64,000 bases of DNA from positions 180,730,001 to 180,794,000 of the forward strand of contig OZ024742.1 in NCBI GenBank assembly GCA_964016885.1. The letters are read 5' to 3'. Every line of letters starts with the position of its first letter. Position 1 is the first letter of the stretch. Below, piece after piece: positions 52,738-64,000 of this stretch. The DNA comes from Eledone cirrhosa. Its lineage: Eukaryota. The notes under the pieces were generated by a model. It saw only the letters and a program-made list of their open reading frames with translations, was not told where the DNA came from and searched no databases. The position numbers and the translations under genes were made by a program.

Positions 52738-54548
52738 TCATCATCACCTTCATCTTATGTCCATTTTCCACGCTAGCATGGGTTAGACAGGTTGTCCTAT
52801 TGTAGGCAATGCTAGTTCAGGTGACCATGTCTTTATCACACAGGATTGATTCTGGCTTGGTTTCTACAGCTGGATGTCCTTCCTAACACCAACGTCATTT
52901 ACTGTGAGTACTGGGTGCTTTTTGTCATGACACCTACATGACCACATAACAGTGTGGGCTGAGGGCTTCACTGGATACATTTAATTTGGCTTGTCCTCAT
53001 GGGGGTGTATGGGAGGGTCGGGTGGGGCATATTGTATATATGCTTTGGCTTATGCTTTTAGCAAGTCATGACTTCTGTATTACTGCATATCACCAGAGAT
53101 CTCAGTCATATGTCATCACCTGTGAGAGGTGCAATTAGGTATGGTCAGCTTTTATCAGCTCATCCTGAGTATTTCTGGACCTCCCCACTCCAAGGCTTCC
53201 ATCGACTTTGAGCACTCTGCACTTGTTTATGCAGCTCTCATCCTTCATACGAATCACATGTCCATACCAACGTAATCTTCTCTCCTGCACACAGCATTTG
53301 ATTCCTCTTATACCTAGTTTCTCTCTCAGTTCATTTATGTTTCACCATTCTTGTATATTACTATGACACATCCATCGGAGTGTAACGGATAGTTTGGATT
53401 GATGGTATGATGGTTTTGATGAAAAGAATAATGCTATGATTGAGTTGTTAACAATGTTTATTTTATAATAACTGTTTCTATTTTAGGCACAAGGCCAGCA
53501 ATTACCCAGTGCATTACTGGTACTTTATTTTATCGACCCCGTAAGGATGAAAGGCAAAGTCAACCTCGGCGGGATTTGAACTCAGATCGTAAAGGGACGT
53601 AACTATGCTGGACAGCATGGCGTCTGACCCTCTACCGACACTGCCAATCCACCGCCATATTTTATAATATTTTATAATAACAATATTCGATTAGGACATA
53701 GAATGATAGAATTTATGACACAAATATATCCGTACAATAAATTGGTAGCTGCTAGGTGTTACATAAATGTATGTATCAGAGAAGACGATATAATATATAA
53801 GTTGGGTTGTGTCTTGCAGATACAATATGGCAGGAAGAATAGGATGAGAGTATAATATAACAATATGAACTTACTATGCATGTCGGTGTGTGTCTATTCT
53901 TAGTTTATCTTATTCTCATAGTAGTAATGGTCAGTCTGTCAGGTTGGCATGGCTGGCTGTCTGTCTGGCTGGCCGAGAGGGTAAGCCAGTAAGAGTCAAG
54001 AGAAAGATAGAGTGAAAGGTCTACTGACACCACATAGTTACCTTCTTGACTGCTGCTTTGATTCTCCTCTTGTTCCCTCAGTCCTTGTATTTATAATAAG
54101 TGCTAAGTTAGAAGGATGGATATATCATCTGATCTGTGGTTAGCATCTCCCAAGGGGTTGGAGTCACAAGTCAAATGGAATGTCATCCATCATCGTTGAC
54201 AACTTCCAACTATGGCTTGTCCCAAAGGTGGGAAAGCTCAGATTCAGTTTCGAATCTTCGCCAGTATAATGTAGGAGTATTCCGTTGTAGGAGCATGCAA
54301 GCTTCATTTCTTTTAAATCTATGCAAGTCTTCTGTGCACATCACCCAGGTCTTACTTCCATGCATCATACAGTCTGCCTTTCATTCCGAGTGAGAAGCCT
54401 TTTGTTGCCAGCAGTGTAGTAGCACCCTGAACTTCCTCCATCCTGTTCTTAGTCTGGTTACTGTACTTTTAGAACACTCACCACAGCTGCTAATTCAGTC
54501 ACCTAGGTAGCAGAAACTGTCTACTGTTTCTATAGAGCCATCCCAGAA
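52738..54548 (-). mobile_element. RTE LINE 3' fragment interrupted by a solo LTR
   Basis: RTE sequence ..CATCCATCGGAG resumes as GGAGCATGCAAGC at 54290. Confidence 0.85.
53381..54289. mobile_element. Solo LTR with 4 bp TSD, containing nested SINE A (53470-53657)
   Basis: Termini TGTAACGGA...TCCGTTGTA; GGAG duplicated at 53377-53380 and 54290-54293. Confidence 0.75.
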
Positions 54549-54688
54549 TTATATATATATGTATATATATATATATATATGTGTGTGTAAATGAAGTAAT
54601 TCCGTCGGAAAAGTCCTGGAAAAAAGAGTGCTCTATGTAGGTAACAGGGCGTAATAGTTATGTAATAAACAACATAAGGCAATTATTA

Positions 54689-54938
54689 TATAGTTATGTA
54701 ATAAACAACATAAGGCAATCATTTCAAAAAATATTGCTTTCAATCATCAGAATGAAAAAATCCTGGTGTATTTATTGACGTTGGATTTTAAAAAACAAAA
54801 ACCAAAGATTTTTGTTTTTAAAATCCAACGTCAATAAATACACCAGGATATTTTCATTCTGATGATTGAAAGCAACATTTTTTTTGCTTTTAAGAAACCA
54901 CTGGTAAATGAAATAATTGCCTTATGTTGTTTATCACA

Positions 54939-54945
<7 letters not shown>
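54689..54945. repeat. (TA)n-flanked palindromic element centred near 54803
   Basis: Arms ATAGTTATG..AAACAACATAAGGCAAT and CCTGGTGTATTTATTGACGTTGGATTTTAAAAA are mirrored; left arm has an internal deletion. Confidence 0.9.
54852..54913 (+). ncRNA. Canonical type I hammerhead ribozyme
   Basis: TTTCATT-CTGATGA-TTGAAAGCAA(loop)TTGCTTTTAA-GAAA-CC ACT GG-TA-AATGAAA; 7 bp stem I, 10 bp stem II, GUA triplet ending at 54906. Confidence 0.88.
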
Positions 54946-54973
<28 letters not shown>

Positions 54974-54977
<4 letters not shown>

Positions 54978-55147
54978 CTAGGATTTAAAGCTTTAATGGC
55001 TCTAAATGTAATCTGGGCTACTGCTACAGGACGTAATACATCTGGCTGTAGTTTCATAGGTCGGAATTCTACAGAGATAGCATCATTTGGAGGTGATAAA
55101 GAAATGCCTGTAACATGAACAGGTCTCGAGCCTCTATTTACCAGATT
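54974..55147 (-). pseudogene. TMEM131: Isolated 58-codon fragment resembling TMEM131
   Basis: NLVNRGSRPVHVTGISLSPPNDAISVEFRPMKLQPDVLRPVAVAQITFRAIKALNPRF aligns, from recall, with vertebrate TMEM131 LLNSGTKDVPITSVRPTPQNDAITVHFKPITLK..VASISFDASKAKKP; no flanking AG/GT; bounded by TA repeats. Confidence 0.65.
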
Positions 55148-55156
55148 ATATATCAT

Positions 55157-55496
55157 TTCATTTTCATTTCATTTTACGTCCGCTTTTTCCCTGCTTGCAA
55201 GGGTGGGACGGGAACTGATTCTGGCTTGATTTCTACAGCTGGATGCCCTTCCTAACACCAACCTCATTTACAGTGAGTGCTGGGTGCTTTTTTACCATGG
55301 CACCTCCACGACCACTTTGCAGTGGAATGATATGGACCCCAGTCCCTATCATCTCATTTCTACAGCTGAGTAAACTGCAGCAATGTGAAATAAAGTGTCT
55401 TGCTCAAGGAAACAACACATCACCCGGTCTGAGAATTGAACTCACAACCTTTCGATTGCAAGGACAATGCTCTAACCACTAAGCCATGTGCCTCCA
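55157..55496 (-). mobile_element. SINE family B
   Basis: Reverse complement of 17872-18221. Confidence 0.88.
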
Positions 55497-55517
55497 TATA
55501 TGTATATAATATAATAT

Positions 55518-55702
55518 AACTGTTTCTACTTTAGGCACAAGGACAGCAATTACCCAGTCCATTACTGGTACTTTATTTTATTGACCCCGTAAGGATGAAA
55601 GGCAAATTCAACCTCGGTGGGATTTGAACTCAGATCGTAAAGGGACGTAACTATGCTGGAAAGCATGGCGTCCGACCCTCTACCCATACTGCCAATCCAC
55701 CA
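55518..55702 (-). mobile_element. SINE family A
   Basis: Family core and head. Confidence 0.85.
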
Positions 55703-55866
55703 TAACACTGGTAGGTTATATCCGTAGTAGTAGTGCAATCAGTCCATGGGACGAGTTTGGTAGAAGTAGTTCCACAACAGTTATTTCACCATTACCGAGA
55801 ACAATTGTTCTCAGTAATGGTGAACTAACTGTTGTGGAACTACTTCTTTCCCACACCCCACACCCC

Positions 55867-55917
<51 letters not shown>

Positions 55918-56024
55918 ATAATAGTAATAATGATGATCCCACTAAGGGTGAAATACGAAATTATTTTCTAAAACTTTTAAACTGTGCTAATAATAAATAT
56001 ATATACATATTGTACATATTGTGA

Positions 56025-56378
56025 AGGTGCATGGCTTAGTGGTTAGAGCATTGGCCTTGCAATTGAAAGATTGTGAGTTCAATTCTCAGACCGGGTGACG
56101 TGTTGTTTCCTTGAGCAAGACACTTTATTTCACCTTGCTCCAGTTTACTCAGCTGTATCATTCCACTGCAAAGTGGTCGTGGAGGTGCTACAGCAAAAAA
56201 GCACCCAGCCCACATTGTAAAGTGGACATGTAGGCACCACAGAAAAAAAGCACCCAGCACTCACGGTAAATGAGGTTGGTGTTAGGAAGGGCATCCAGCT
56301 GTAGGAATCAAGCCAGAATCAGTTCCCGTCCCACCCTTGCAAACAGGGAAAAGCAGGCGTAAAATGATGATGATGATG
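56025..56378 (+). mobile_element. SINE family B with one extra 3' UTR repeat unit
   Basis: Head, core and RTE tail; flanking ATTGTACA/ATGTACA. Confidence 0.85.
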
Positions 56379-56819
56379 TACAACTGGTGTCATAAAATAA
56401 AATTTACCTAGTGTACTCTGTAAAGTGATTGGTTGGAGAGAGATAGATAGATAGAGAAAGAGAGAGACATAGACAGAGAGTTAGGTTTACAATTAGATCA
56501 ATGATAAATAAATAAAAATCACCAAAAGAAAGACAAACATAAATATAGATATATAAATATATGGAAAGATGGGTGGTTTGATAAAAATGAAGAAAGGGAA
56601 CAATAGTTGACAGTTAGTCAAACTTTATTTTTAATATATGTCTTGCACATTGAATAGAGACAGATCATAAATCATATTTATTTAATTTTGAAAAAAAAAA
56701 ATTAAACAATGAGTGAAAATTAGTGAGAGGGGGAAATCATTCTATACACACCTACACACAAACTGAAGTATTAATACATGCATACACACACACAGATATA
56801 TATATATACTTAAAAAATG

Positions 56820-56851
<32 letters not shown>

Positions 56852-57560
56852 ATATTTCATTTTTTATATATATATACGTCATTTTTGAATTCGTTTGGGA
56901 AGATTTCTTATCTGAAAACGCGGGTTGAAACGGATATTGTTATACTTTGGAAGGAGAACTCCAGGATGGGAAAAACTCATCAGCACTCCACCAACATGCC
57001 AAAATAGAAGAAAAAGTTTTAAAATAAATTTATTTTAAAACTTTTTCTCTATTTGCTAAACCTTGATTTTATATGTTCTGGCTTGTTAATTTATTAACCT
57101 GCCATAGAACCACATTGGCATACGGTTGGATAATACTTGTGTCCCTATATGTATTTTTTACACGTAGGAAGACATACTTTATTATTAATCTCCCCTAAGG
57201 CTGAGATAACTTTTGGTCGTTTGAACTACTGCTATTTTTAGTAGCAGGACATTGACCTATCCGCCCTGCCTTTTGTCTTTACACACAGCGCTAGACAGAA
57301 TTGTTTCTTTCATCATTCACTCTCATTCGGGAACAGTTTTGTATGGCGCCAGTTTGTGATTTGAACTCATGAATTTTATATTCTCCGAGCGAGAAAAACC
57401 TTCTGACGAAAACTCCCTTTCTCAATGGAAATCCACTTGGATTATCTATTTATTTGGGGTTTGAAACCGTGCGGTAAAGGCACATATAGTAAGTACAGTG
57501 AACTTTTTTTAATTTATCTTAAAACTTTTTCTCTATTTGCTAAACCTTGATATTATATAT

Positions 57561-57849
57561 ATGTCTATGTCTAAGGCGGGTAAAATTCCCGAGATCCATG
57601 GACGAGTTCTCTCCAGCGGTCTCTGTCCCTCATTATCGCTGCCATGTCCTGCATCTCCAACAGACCAGTGTCTGTCCTTAGGGCATCAACATACGTTAAC
57701 CTTGGTCTTCCTCTTCTAGTGTGTCCATGTAGGGGCTCCCAAAGGATGAAAAACTCAGAGCTGTATGGGAGCATCCCAAAAGTCAGCTCAAAAGTGACAC
57801 AGAGGAGACTGAGGTTAGCTGGACATGCTCACCGACATCCAGAGTTGAC

Positions 57850-57852
<3 letters not shown>
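57561..57852. mobile_element. RTE-X-like LINE 3' fragment with 5' inversion
   Basis: Minus strand ILWEPLHGHTRRGRPRLTYVD with (TAGACA)n tail; plus strand NSELYGSIPKVSSKVTQRRLRLAGHAHRHPEL. Confidence 0.85.
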
Positions 57853-57902
<50 letters not shown>

Positions 57903-58529
57903 TTTGTTATATATCAATACATACTACTGTACATCTGTATACATATATGTATGTACGTATACATACTTACAATCTTAAATTTTATGCTTAACAATTGTAA
58001 CTATATATTTAAAATTGTAATTGTTTCAGCTTTTATTCCCAATAATCAAAATAATTGAAATATCATATTAAATGAATAAATTACACATGTTGATTAGAAC
58101 AAACTGGAAAATTGAATGGAATAATTTACCAACTTGCCTTTGATATGATGAAGACAATGAAGATGACAGTATTACTGAAATCAAGCAGTGGTGCATGCTG
58201 TAGCCTTGCCACAGATCACTGGATGAAACAGATAAATAATATAAAAGAATGTCTTTAAAATTCAATTAGAGAATCAATTTTAAATATATTTTCAATTGTC
58301 TGTCAAGCTAGCTATCTGTTTGTGTGTCTACACAAAACTTTCTCAGGCTACAAGTCAATAAATATGCTGGCAGGCAAGAACCACTCCTTGCAACAGTATG
58401 TTTTGGGTGCTTTTTGTCATGACACCCACGTGACCATTTTACATTGTCGGCTGGGTGCTTTTTGTAGTGACGCCTACATGACCTACTGTGTGGGCTGGAT
58501 ATATTTTGTTTAGCCAGCAACAGTAAAAG

Positions 58530-58745
58530 ACAAAAATACACCTTGTACAGATTTGTATCCCACCATGATCCCCCTGTCCTTCTCCACAGCTGAAAAAGTG
58601 TAAAGAAGTGACAAACAAAGAAAATCTTGGTCTTACAATATCAAGTACTGGACAGATCAAAACACTGTAACTCTTTGGCATATGATGGAGGACAGAAACC
58701 AGTGGCGATTGCTGACTACTAGAGTTGGTCTGGCTATATCAATGA
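58530..58745 (+). mobile_element. Decayed RTE 3' coding remnant
   Basis: KKSWSYNIKYWT and MMEDRNQWRLL. Confidence 0.5.
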
Positions 58746-59435
58746 CTAGACACATCAAAACAATATGACGCTTCTTTATATAACAGAGGACACGGATCTG
58801 TGGTAATTGTTGACTACTATAACTGATCAGGCAACATCAACAATGTGACTTTTATGTGTATGATGGAAGAAAGATTGTAGTGAGTTTTGACTGTTAAAAT
58901 GTCTAGAGTGGCATGCCAATGATACGCTGTACACGTTATGGGAACATGATGATGATATTGGTGTTTTGGTGGTGCTTCTGTTATTGACAGGGTCAGCAAT
59001 GATGGTAGTTATGAGGCACCATGTCATGAAAAGCATTTTTTTTTTTTTTTCAATTATTCAGTCTGAGTAATGTAATTATTTTATATAATGGTTTAGTCAA
59101 AGCGAAAGAATAGTACCCATGACCCTTTTCAGAACTTCTGAAACAGATTGGAAGAAAGGTGTAAGTTAACCCAAAACTAAAGATGAAACTCTTGTCAATG
59201 TGGGAACAATTAGAATTGAAAAGGAAGTTGACAAACTACTATTTTTAATGAAATGAAGTGTTTTTATAGCCATAATTTTATTTATAGCGCAAATAATAGA
59301 AGTAAATATATTTTTATAGTGACATTTTTTTTCTTTCATAGCAAGCTCTCTATGTTTATTGACCATAAACATATCATATATGTTTTCATATACAAACATA
59401 TTAAAGCCATTAAGGAGTTATTGTGTGTCAACCAC

Positions 59436-59494
<59 letters not shown>

Positions 59495-59495
<1 letters not shown>

Positions 59496-62400
59496 AAAAA
59501 AATAGAGGTGTGACACACGAGTTATGATATATTAGTAAAAAGGAAAAGAAAATGCTGACAAATTTTTCCCACTGAAAAATCGTTTAATTAGGAATAAGTA
59601 TAAATTAGTAATAAGTATTGGTTAGTATTCAGTTTTAGTTTTAAGTTTTTACCGGTTGCGCATTTCTAATGCTTTTCAAAAATAATTTTGAGATAGAGCG
59701 CTCGTGATAGTTGCTCTAATCTGATCAGTTTTGGAAATTCTTCCTGTTTTATGTGAAAAAAGTGGTTCCAGAGGTATTAAGATTTGGTTGGTTGTTGAAT
59801 GTCACGTGAATGTACTATAAATTTTGCGCCAATTCGTGTTGCAAAAATTCTTGTAGTCAAACAAATTTTGATTGGTCAGTAGAGGTCACGTGAATGTTAA
59901 AAATTGATTTTAGCACGAACTGGTTTGGCGCCAAATGTAGGTTTGTCGAAGAGTGTCCTTTTTCGATTGATTGAGAAGTCACTGAAAAAATGTCTATTAA
60001 GACAAATAAGTGTGTGTGTGTGTGTGTAGTAAAGAGATTCATTGTTGTGATCATGGTCAGTAGGGATGTGTGTGTGAGTTGCAGTCATGTTGAAAGGTCA
60101 AAGTTCAGATGTCTATTAAGACAAATATGTGTGTGTGTAGCAGAGTGATTCGAGGTAGAGGGAATGAATCGGTCAGTAGGTATGAGTGTGTGTGTGTGTG
60201 TGGGGGGGGGGGGGGTATTTTAACATGTTGAAACATTTTTCAGCTCTTGTCTTATACGGAGAAGTGTGTGTGTGTATGTCTGTTTGTATGCTAGTGTACG
60301 CGTGTGTGTGTGTGTGTGTGGATGGACCAGTATTTTTGTGATACTGGTAAAAATGGTGTACATTATTCGATATTTTCAGTCATTTGCAAAAACGATTCTC
60401 TCAAAAGAACATCAAAAACATTACTAATAAAAGAGGTGAAATGATGTATAGTATTGTCATAACACCAAGGTGTGTGTGAGTGTCCAGATTGTACGTACTG
60501 CAAGGGGAATCCATTAGGCCCTACTGTATGGGATACTTGTGTACAAATATGCATGTGCCCATCAATGTGCAATACATGTGTGTGTATGTGTATGTGTGTG
60601 TGTCGGCACGTTTATATCTATAAACATCAAAAGGTATGCAAATTTGTGTATATTTGTGTTGCACCATAGGACATGTGTGTTTACGTATGTCATTATGTTT
60701 ATATGTGGATAGAAATGTATGTAGGATGTATGCTGAAGTAGGTATGTATGTTGACGTGTGTATGTTGTGGGTTCGTGTTAGGGAAGCGTTTAGACGGGGT
60801 CCGTATTTGTTAATAAAGTGAGATTGCTTTCTGATGCGCTGGGTGTGGGTGGCATTATCTTTAAATTTGTAGAGGGGAAAGATTCTAAAGTTAGGATGAT
60901 TTGGGGCGGCACAGGTATCAATGTGTTCACTCAGTGGTATTTTTCTGTATTCCCGTATTTTAATTTGGGATCTATGGAGAGTCATGCATTGGTGGAGGCT
61001 GTTTTTGGTCTGGCCTATGTATTGTTTTCGATAACCTGAGCAAGTTAATACATATATTAGATTTTCTTATGCGCATGTGAAATTGTGTTTTACTATAAAA
61101 CGTTGTCCTTCTTTGAAATAGAATTCGAACCCTCTATTAGGTTGATGCAGATGCCACAGTTGGGTCTATCGCATTTTTTTACTGAGGGTTTCGTTGTTGC
61201 GGTTGGCAGTACTTTGGCATGTGTTAGGAGTTTTTCATTGAATTGACTTAGATTGTCTTTTGCTCTTTATGATATCGTGTGTTCGAAGGATTTGGTTCAT
61301 TCTATGGTCCTTTTTTAACACAGGGATGTTCTGGAGGGTGGGTGATGTCAAATGCCTCATTGTTGAGGGGGTTGTGTGTGGAGATATATGGAAGAACTTT
61401 TAGTTTCGGTTAATTTACTTTCGGGTGTCTAAGGTCCTGGGTACTGAGTTTTAGGGCACGTTGGATTACATTGTCAATTAGTGATGCAGGGTAGTCCCTG
61501 CTTATGTGTGTGTCCCTTAGTTCTTGTAGCCGTAAGTAACAGGTGTTTTTATTGGAGACTATAATACAGATTCTCTTGGCTAAGTTGTAGGGAATATTAA
61601 TTTTAACGTGTCTAGGGTGGCAAGAATTGAAAGGAAGATATTGCTTGGAGTCTGTGGGCTTGTAGTATATGTCTGTTTCTATTTTTGTTATGAATCTTTA
61701 CGAGGATGTCGAGGAAGGGGAGTTGTTGATGGCTGTATTCCATCGTAAAGTTAATATTCGCGTTGAGCCCATTTATAAGGGTGTGAAATTCTTAAAGTTT
61801 CTCGATGTTTTCATGCCAGATGATGAAGCAGTCATCTAGATATCGCTTCCAGTTCTTTTCTATGTGTAAGTGGAGAGTGTTTCTAAATTTGTTTAGTACC
61901 TTAGTGTAGAGGGTGATTTCCAGGTATCCCATGACTAGGTTGGCATAAGTGGGGGCCGTTTTCGTTCCCATAGCGGTCCCAGATTTCTGCCTGTAGGATT
62001 TGTTATTGAAAACGAAGTAATTGTTCTCCAAGATAAATTTGAGTCCTTCTATCAGGAATTCTTTTGTGATGCGTTGTGAGAGTTCATTGTGGTAATTATC
62101 CAGCCAGAATTGGATAGCTTCTATTCCTAGGTTGTGGGGGATGTTGGAGTATAAGTTGACTACATCGAACGTCACTAGTAGGGTTTGTTCAGTAAGGGAA
62201 CATATTAGGGAAGTGATTGAGCATATCTAGGTCGTCCCTTATATAGCTTTTGATGTGTTTGAGAAAAGGCTTGAGAAGGGTGTCAATGAAGTTGCTAAGG
62301 CGGTGGGTTTCGCAAGCGGGGCCTGCTATTTGAGATCATTGGGTGAGGGGACGTTGATGACTATGTCTGTGGCTTCCTTGCATGCCTTACTTATTAATTC

Positions 62401-64000
62401 GCTTTTATGTACTTTAGGGATACCGTAGAAAAGGCTGGATTTACTTGTGAAGTCTGTGATGAAGCTGAATTCCTTGTTAGTGAGTCCTTCTTTGCATTGG
62501 TTGATCAGAGCTTTTAGGCTTCTCATAATTTTCTGTTGATTGTAGTGATCAGCCTTTTCGTAGTATGTTTCGTTTTCCAAAGTGGAGAGCGCTAAGTTGA
62601 TATAGAATTCTGTCTCCATTAGGACTACTGCACTCTCTTTATCAGCCTCTTTAATTCTAATAGTTCTGTCGGTTTTTAATCTATTTAATTCTTCCCATTC
62701 TTTCTTGTTGAGGTTTGGTTTGTGTGTTTGTCTGTGCAAGTGTTGGTAATGGACGTTTGTGATGTGTTCACAGAATTCGTCCAGGATTTTATTTCTACCT
62801 TTTGATGGGATGTAGTTGCTTCTATTTCTGGCTAATGATTCATCCTCATTGTACTAGTCGAATAGTTCTTCACTGAGTCGTAACTTTCTACAGAAGTCTG
62901 TGATGTCTTCCTTCATTTCATAGTAGTTAGGGTCGGTGTGAATTTAAAACCTTTGGAGAATAAGTTGATAAGGTTGGGAGTTGGTTCTGCACTAGTTAGA
63001 TTGATAATTTTTATTACTCTCGGTTTCTCCTCCCTGTCTTGTGTTATTTTGTTTGCCTGTGTCTGTGTGCTGTGTCTAAAAAATGTTTGGGGTAGAGGGG
63101 TTGTTTGCTGATGTTCAGTTGTCTCCTGCGTTTGTTATATTCCTTCTTGTTGTAAAATGTGGTTCGGGTTTGTGGTTGTGGATTGAATGGGGTGTTCCTG
63201 TATTGCGAGTATGGATGTGTGTTTCTATGTGCCATGTTGGATTGTGGTGTTATAGGTGGCCTAAGTTGTTGGTTGTATCGTGTGGTGTGGGTTTGTTGTG
63301 TATTGTGGAATCGAGAGTTGAGAAAATGGAAATTACCTTGCTGTCCCCTTGTGGCGGGGAAGTTGTTACATCTATCATGATAGTGGTATCTTTTCCCTAT
63401 GTTTGACGATGAGGCATCTGCGTAGTAGTTGAGTGATTTGCTATGGTATCTCCTTGAAGGGGGCAAGTTGTAAATGTCATTCTGGGGGTGATGATTTCTA
63501 AGGTTTTTGTTCCTTCTTATGGAAGCGAAGTTGGGAAGTTCATCTTCGGTGTGGTGCTTCCTTCTTCTTTTGCTGGGGAAGGGGGGGGTCCGAAGTTGTT
63601 GTGCGGTTGGGTTATCGGTTTTCCTATTTTATGAACGGGTTATTGGAGGTGTAATCCGTTTGAAAAGTCGATTCATAGTTTAGGAACCAAGCGGCACTTT
63701 TTTCCCAGCGTTAAAGGGATTTCAGCTCTTCTTTGTTGCAGTCCTCTTTCCATAATTTAGAGATCTTCTCTACGTTGGGTCCTTCAGTCTTATTGTTGAT
63801 TTCAAGGAGGATCTCTTCATCGATGGTTTTGATTTTTTCCTCATTTGTCTGGGCTTTCAATTTAAGAAGTTCAATTTCTGTCTTCATTTTTTCCAATGCC
63901 ATTCTTTCCCTAAGGTGTCTTTGAGGCTCGGGTTCATTTGGAATGGACATTATTTGTATTTTACGGGGGAGAATTAGAGGGGTTGAGTTAAGCCATTTTT
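59495..64000 (-). mobile_element. Large decayed Neptune-like Penelope-like element (N-terminal region, RT, GIY-YIG, ~1.3 kb 3' UTR); continues beyond the window
   Basis: FSKGFKFTP, IKEADKESAVV, FYGIPKVHK, FDVVNLYSNIPH, YRQKSGTAMGT, WKRYLDDCF, CDRPNCGIC, NLIYVLTC..YIGQT; stops and frameshifts; degenerate hammerhead at 59646-59684. Confidence 0.93.

Noticed and set aside
55925-55965. ATGATGA-TCCC ACTAA GGG-T-GAAA hammerhead-like remnant
   Set aside because: C3 and the cleavage triplet are missing; too degenerate to call

Overview
AT-rich, repeat-saturated eukaryotic DNA, most likely a cephalopod (octopus-like) intergenic or intronic region; the taxon is inferred from the SINE/LINE repertoire. 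No intact protein-coding gene, rRNA, true tRNA or CRISPR array is supportable. The window is a mosaic of decayed mobile elements: two Tx1/L1-type LINEs, many RTE LINE fragments, two tRNA-derived SINE families, Penelope-like elements (PLEs; Neptune-like and Naiad-like), piggyBac-type MITEs, a non-autonomous Helitron and a solo LTR. Three signals stand out. (1) About eleven type-I hammerhead ribozyme motifs, four with complete cores and several inside long (TA)n-flanked palindromes with no ORF. (2) An uninterrupted 58-codon TMEM131-like fragment with no splice sites, lying in a TA tract beside one of these hairpins. (3) Apparent partitioning of microsatellite targets between retroelement families. 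All calls were made by eye; repeat boundaries are approximate.
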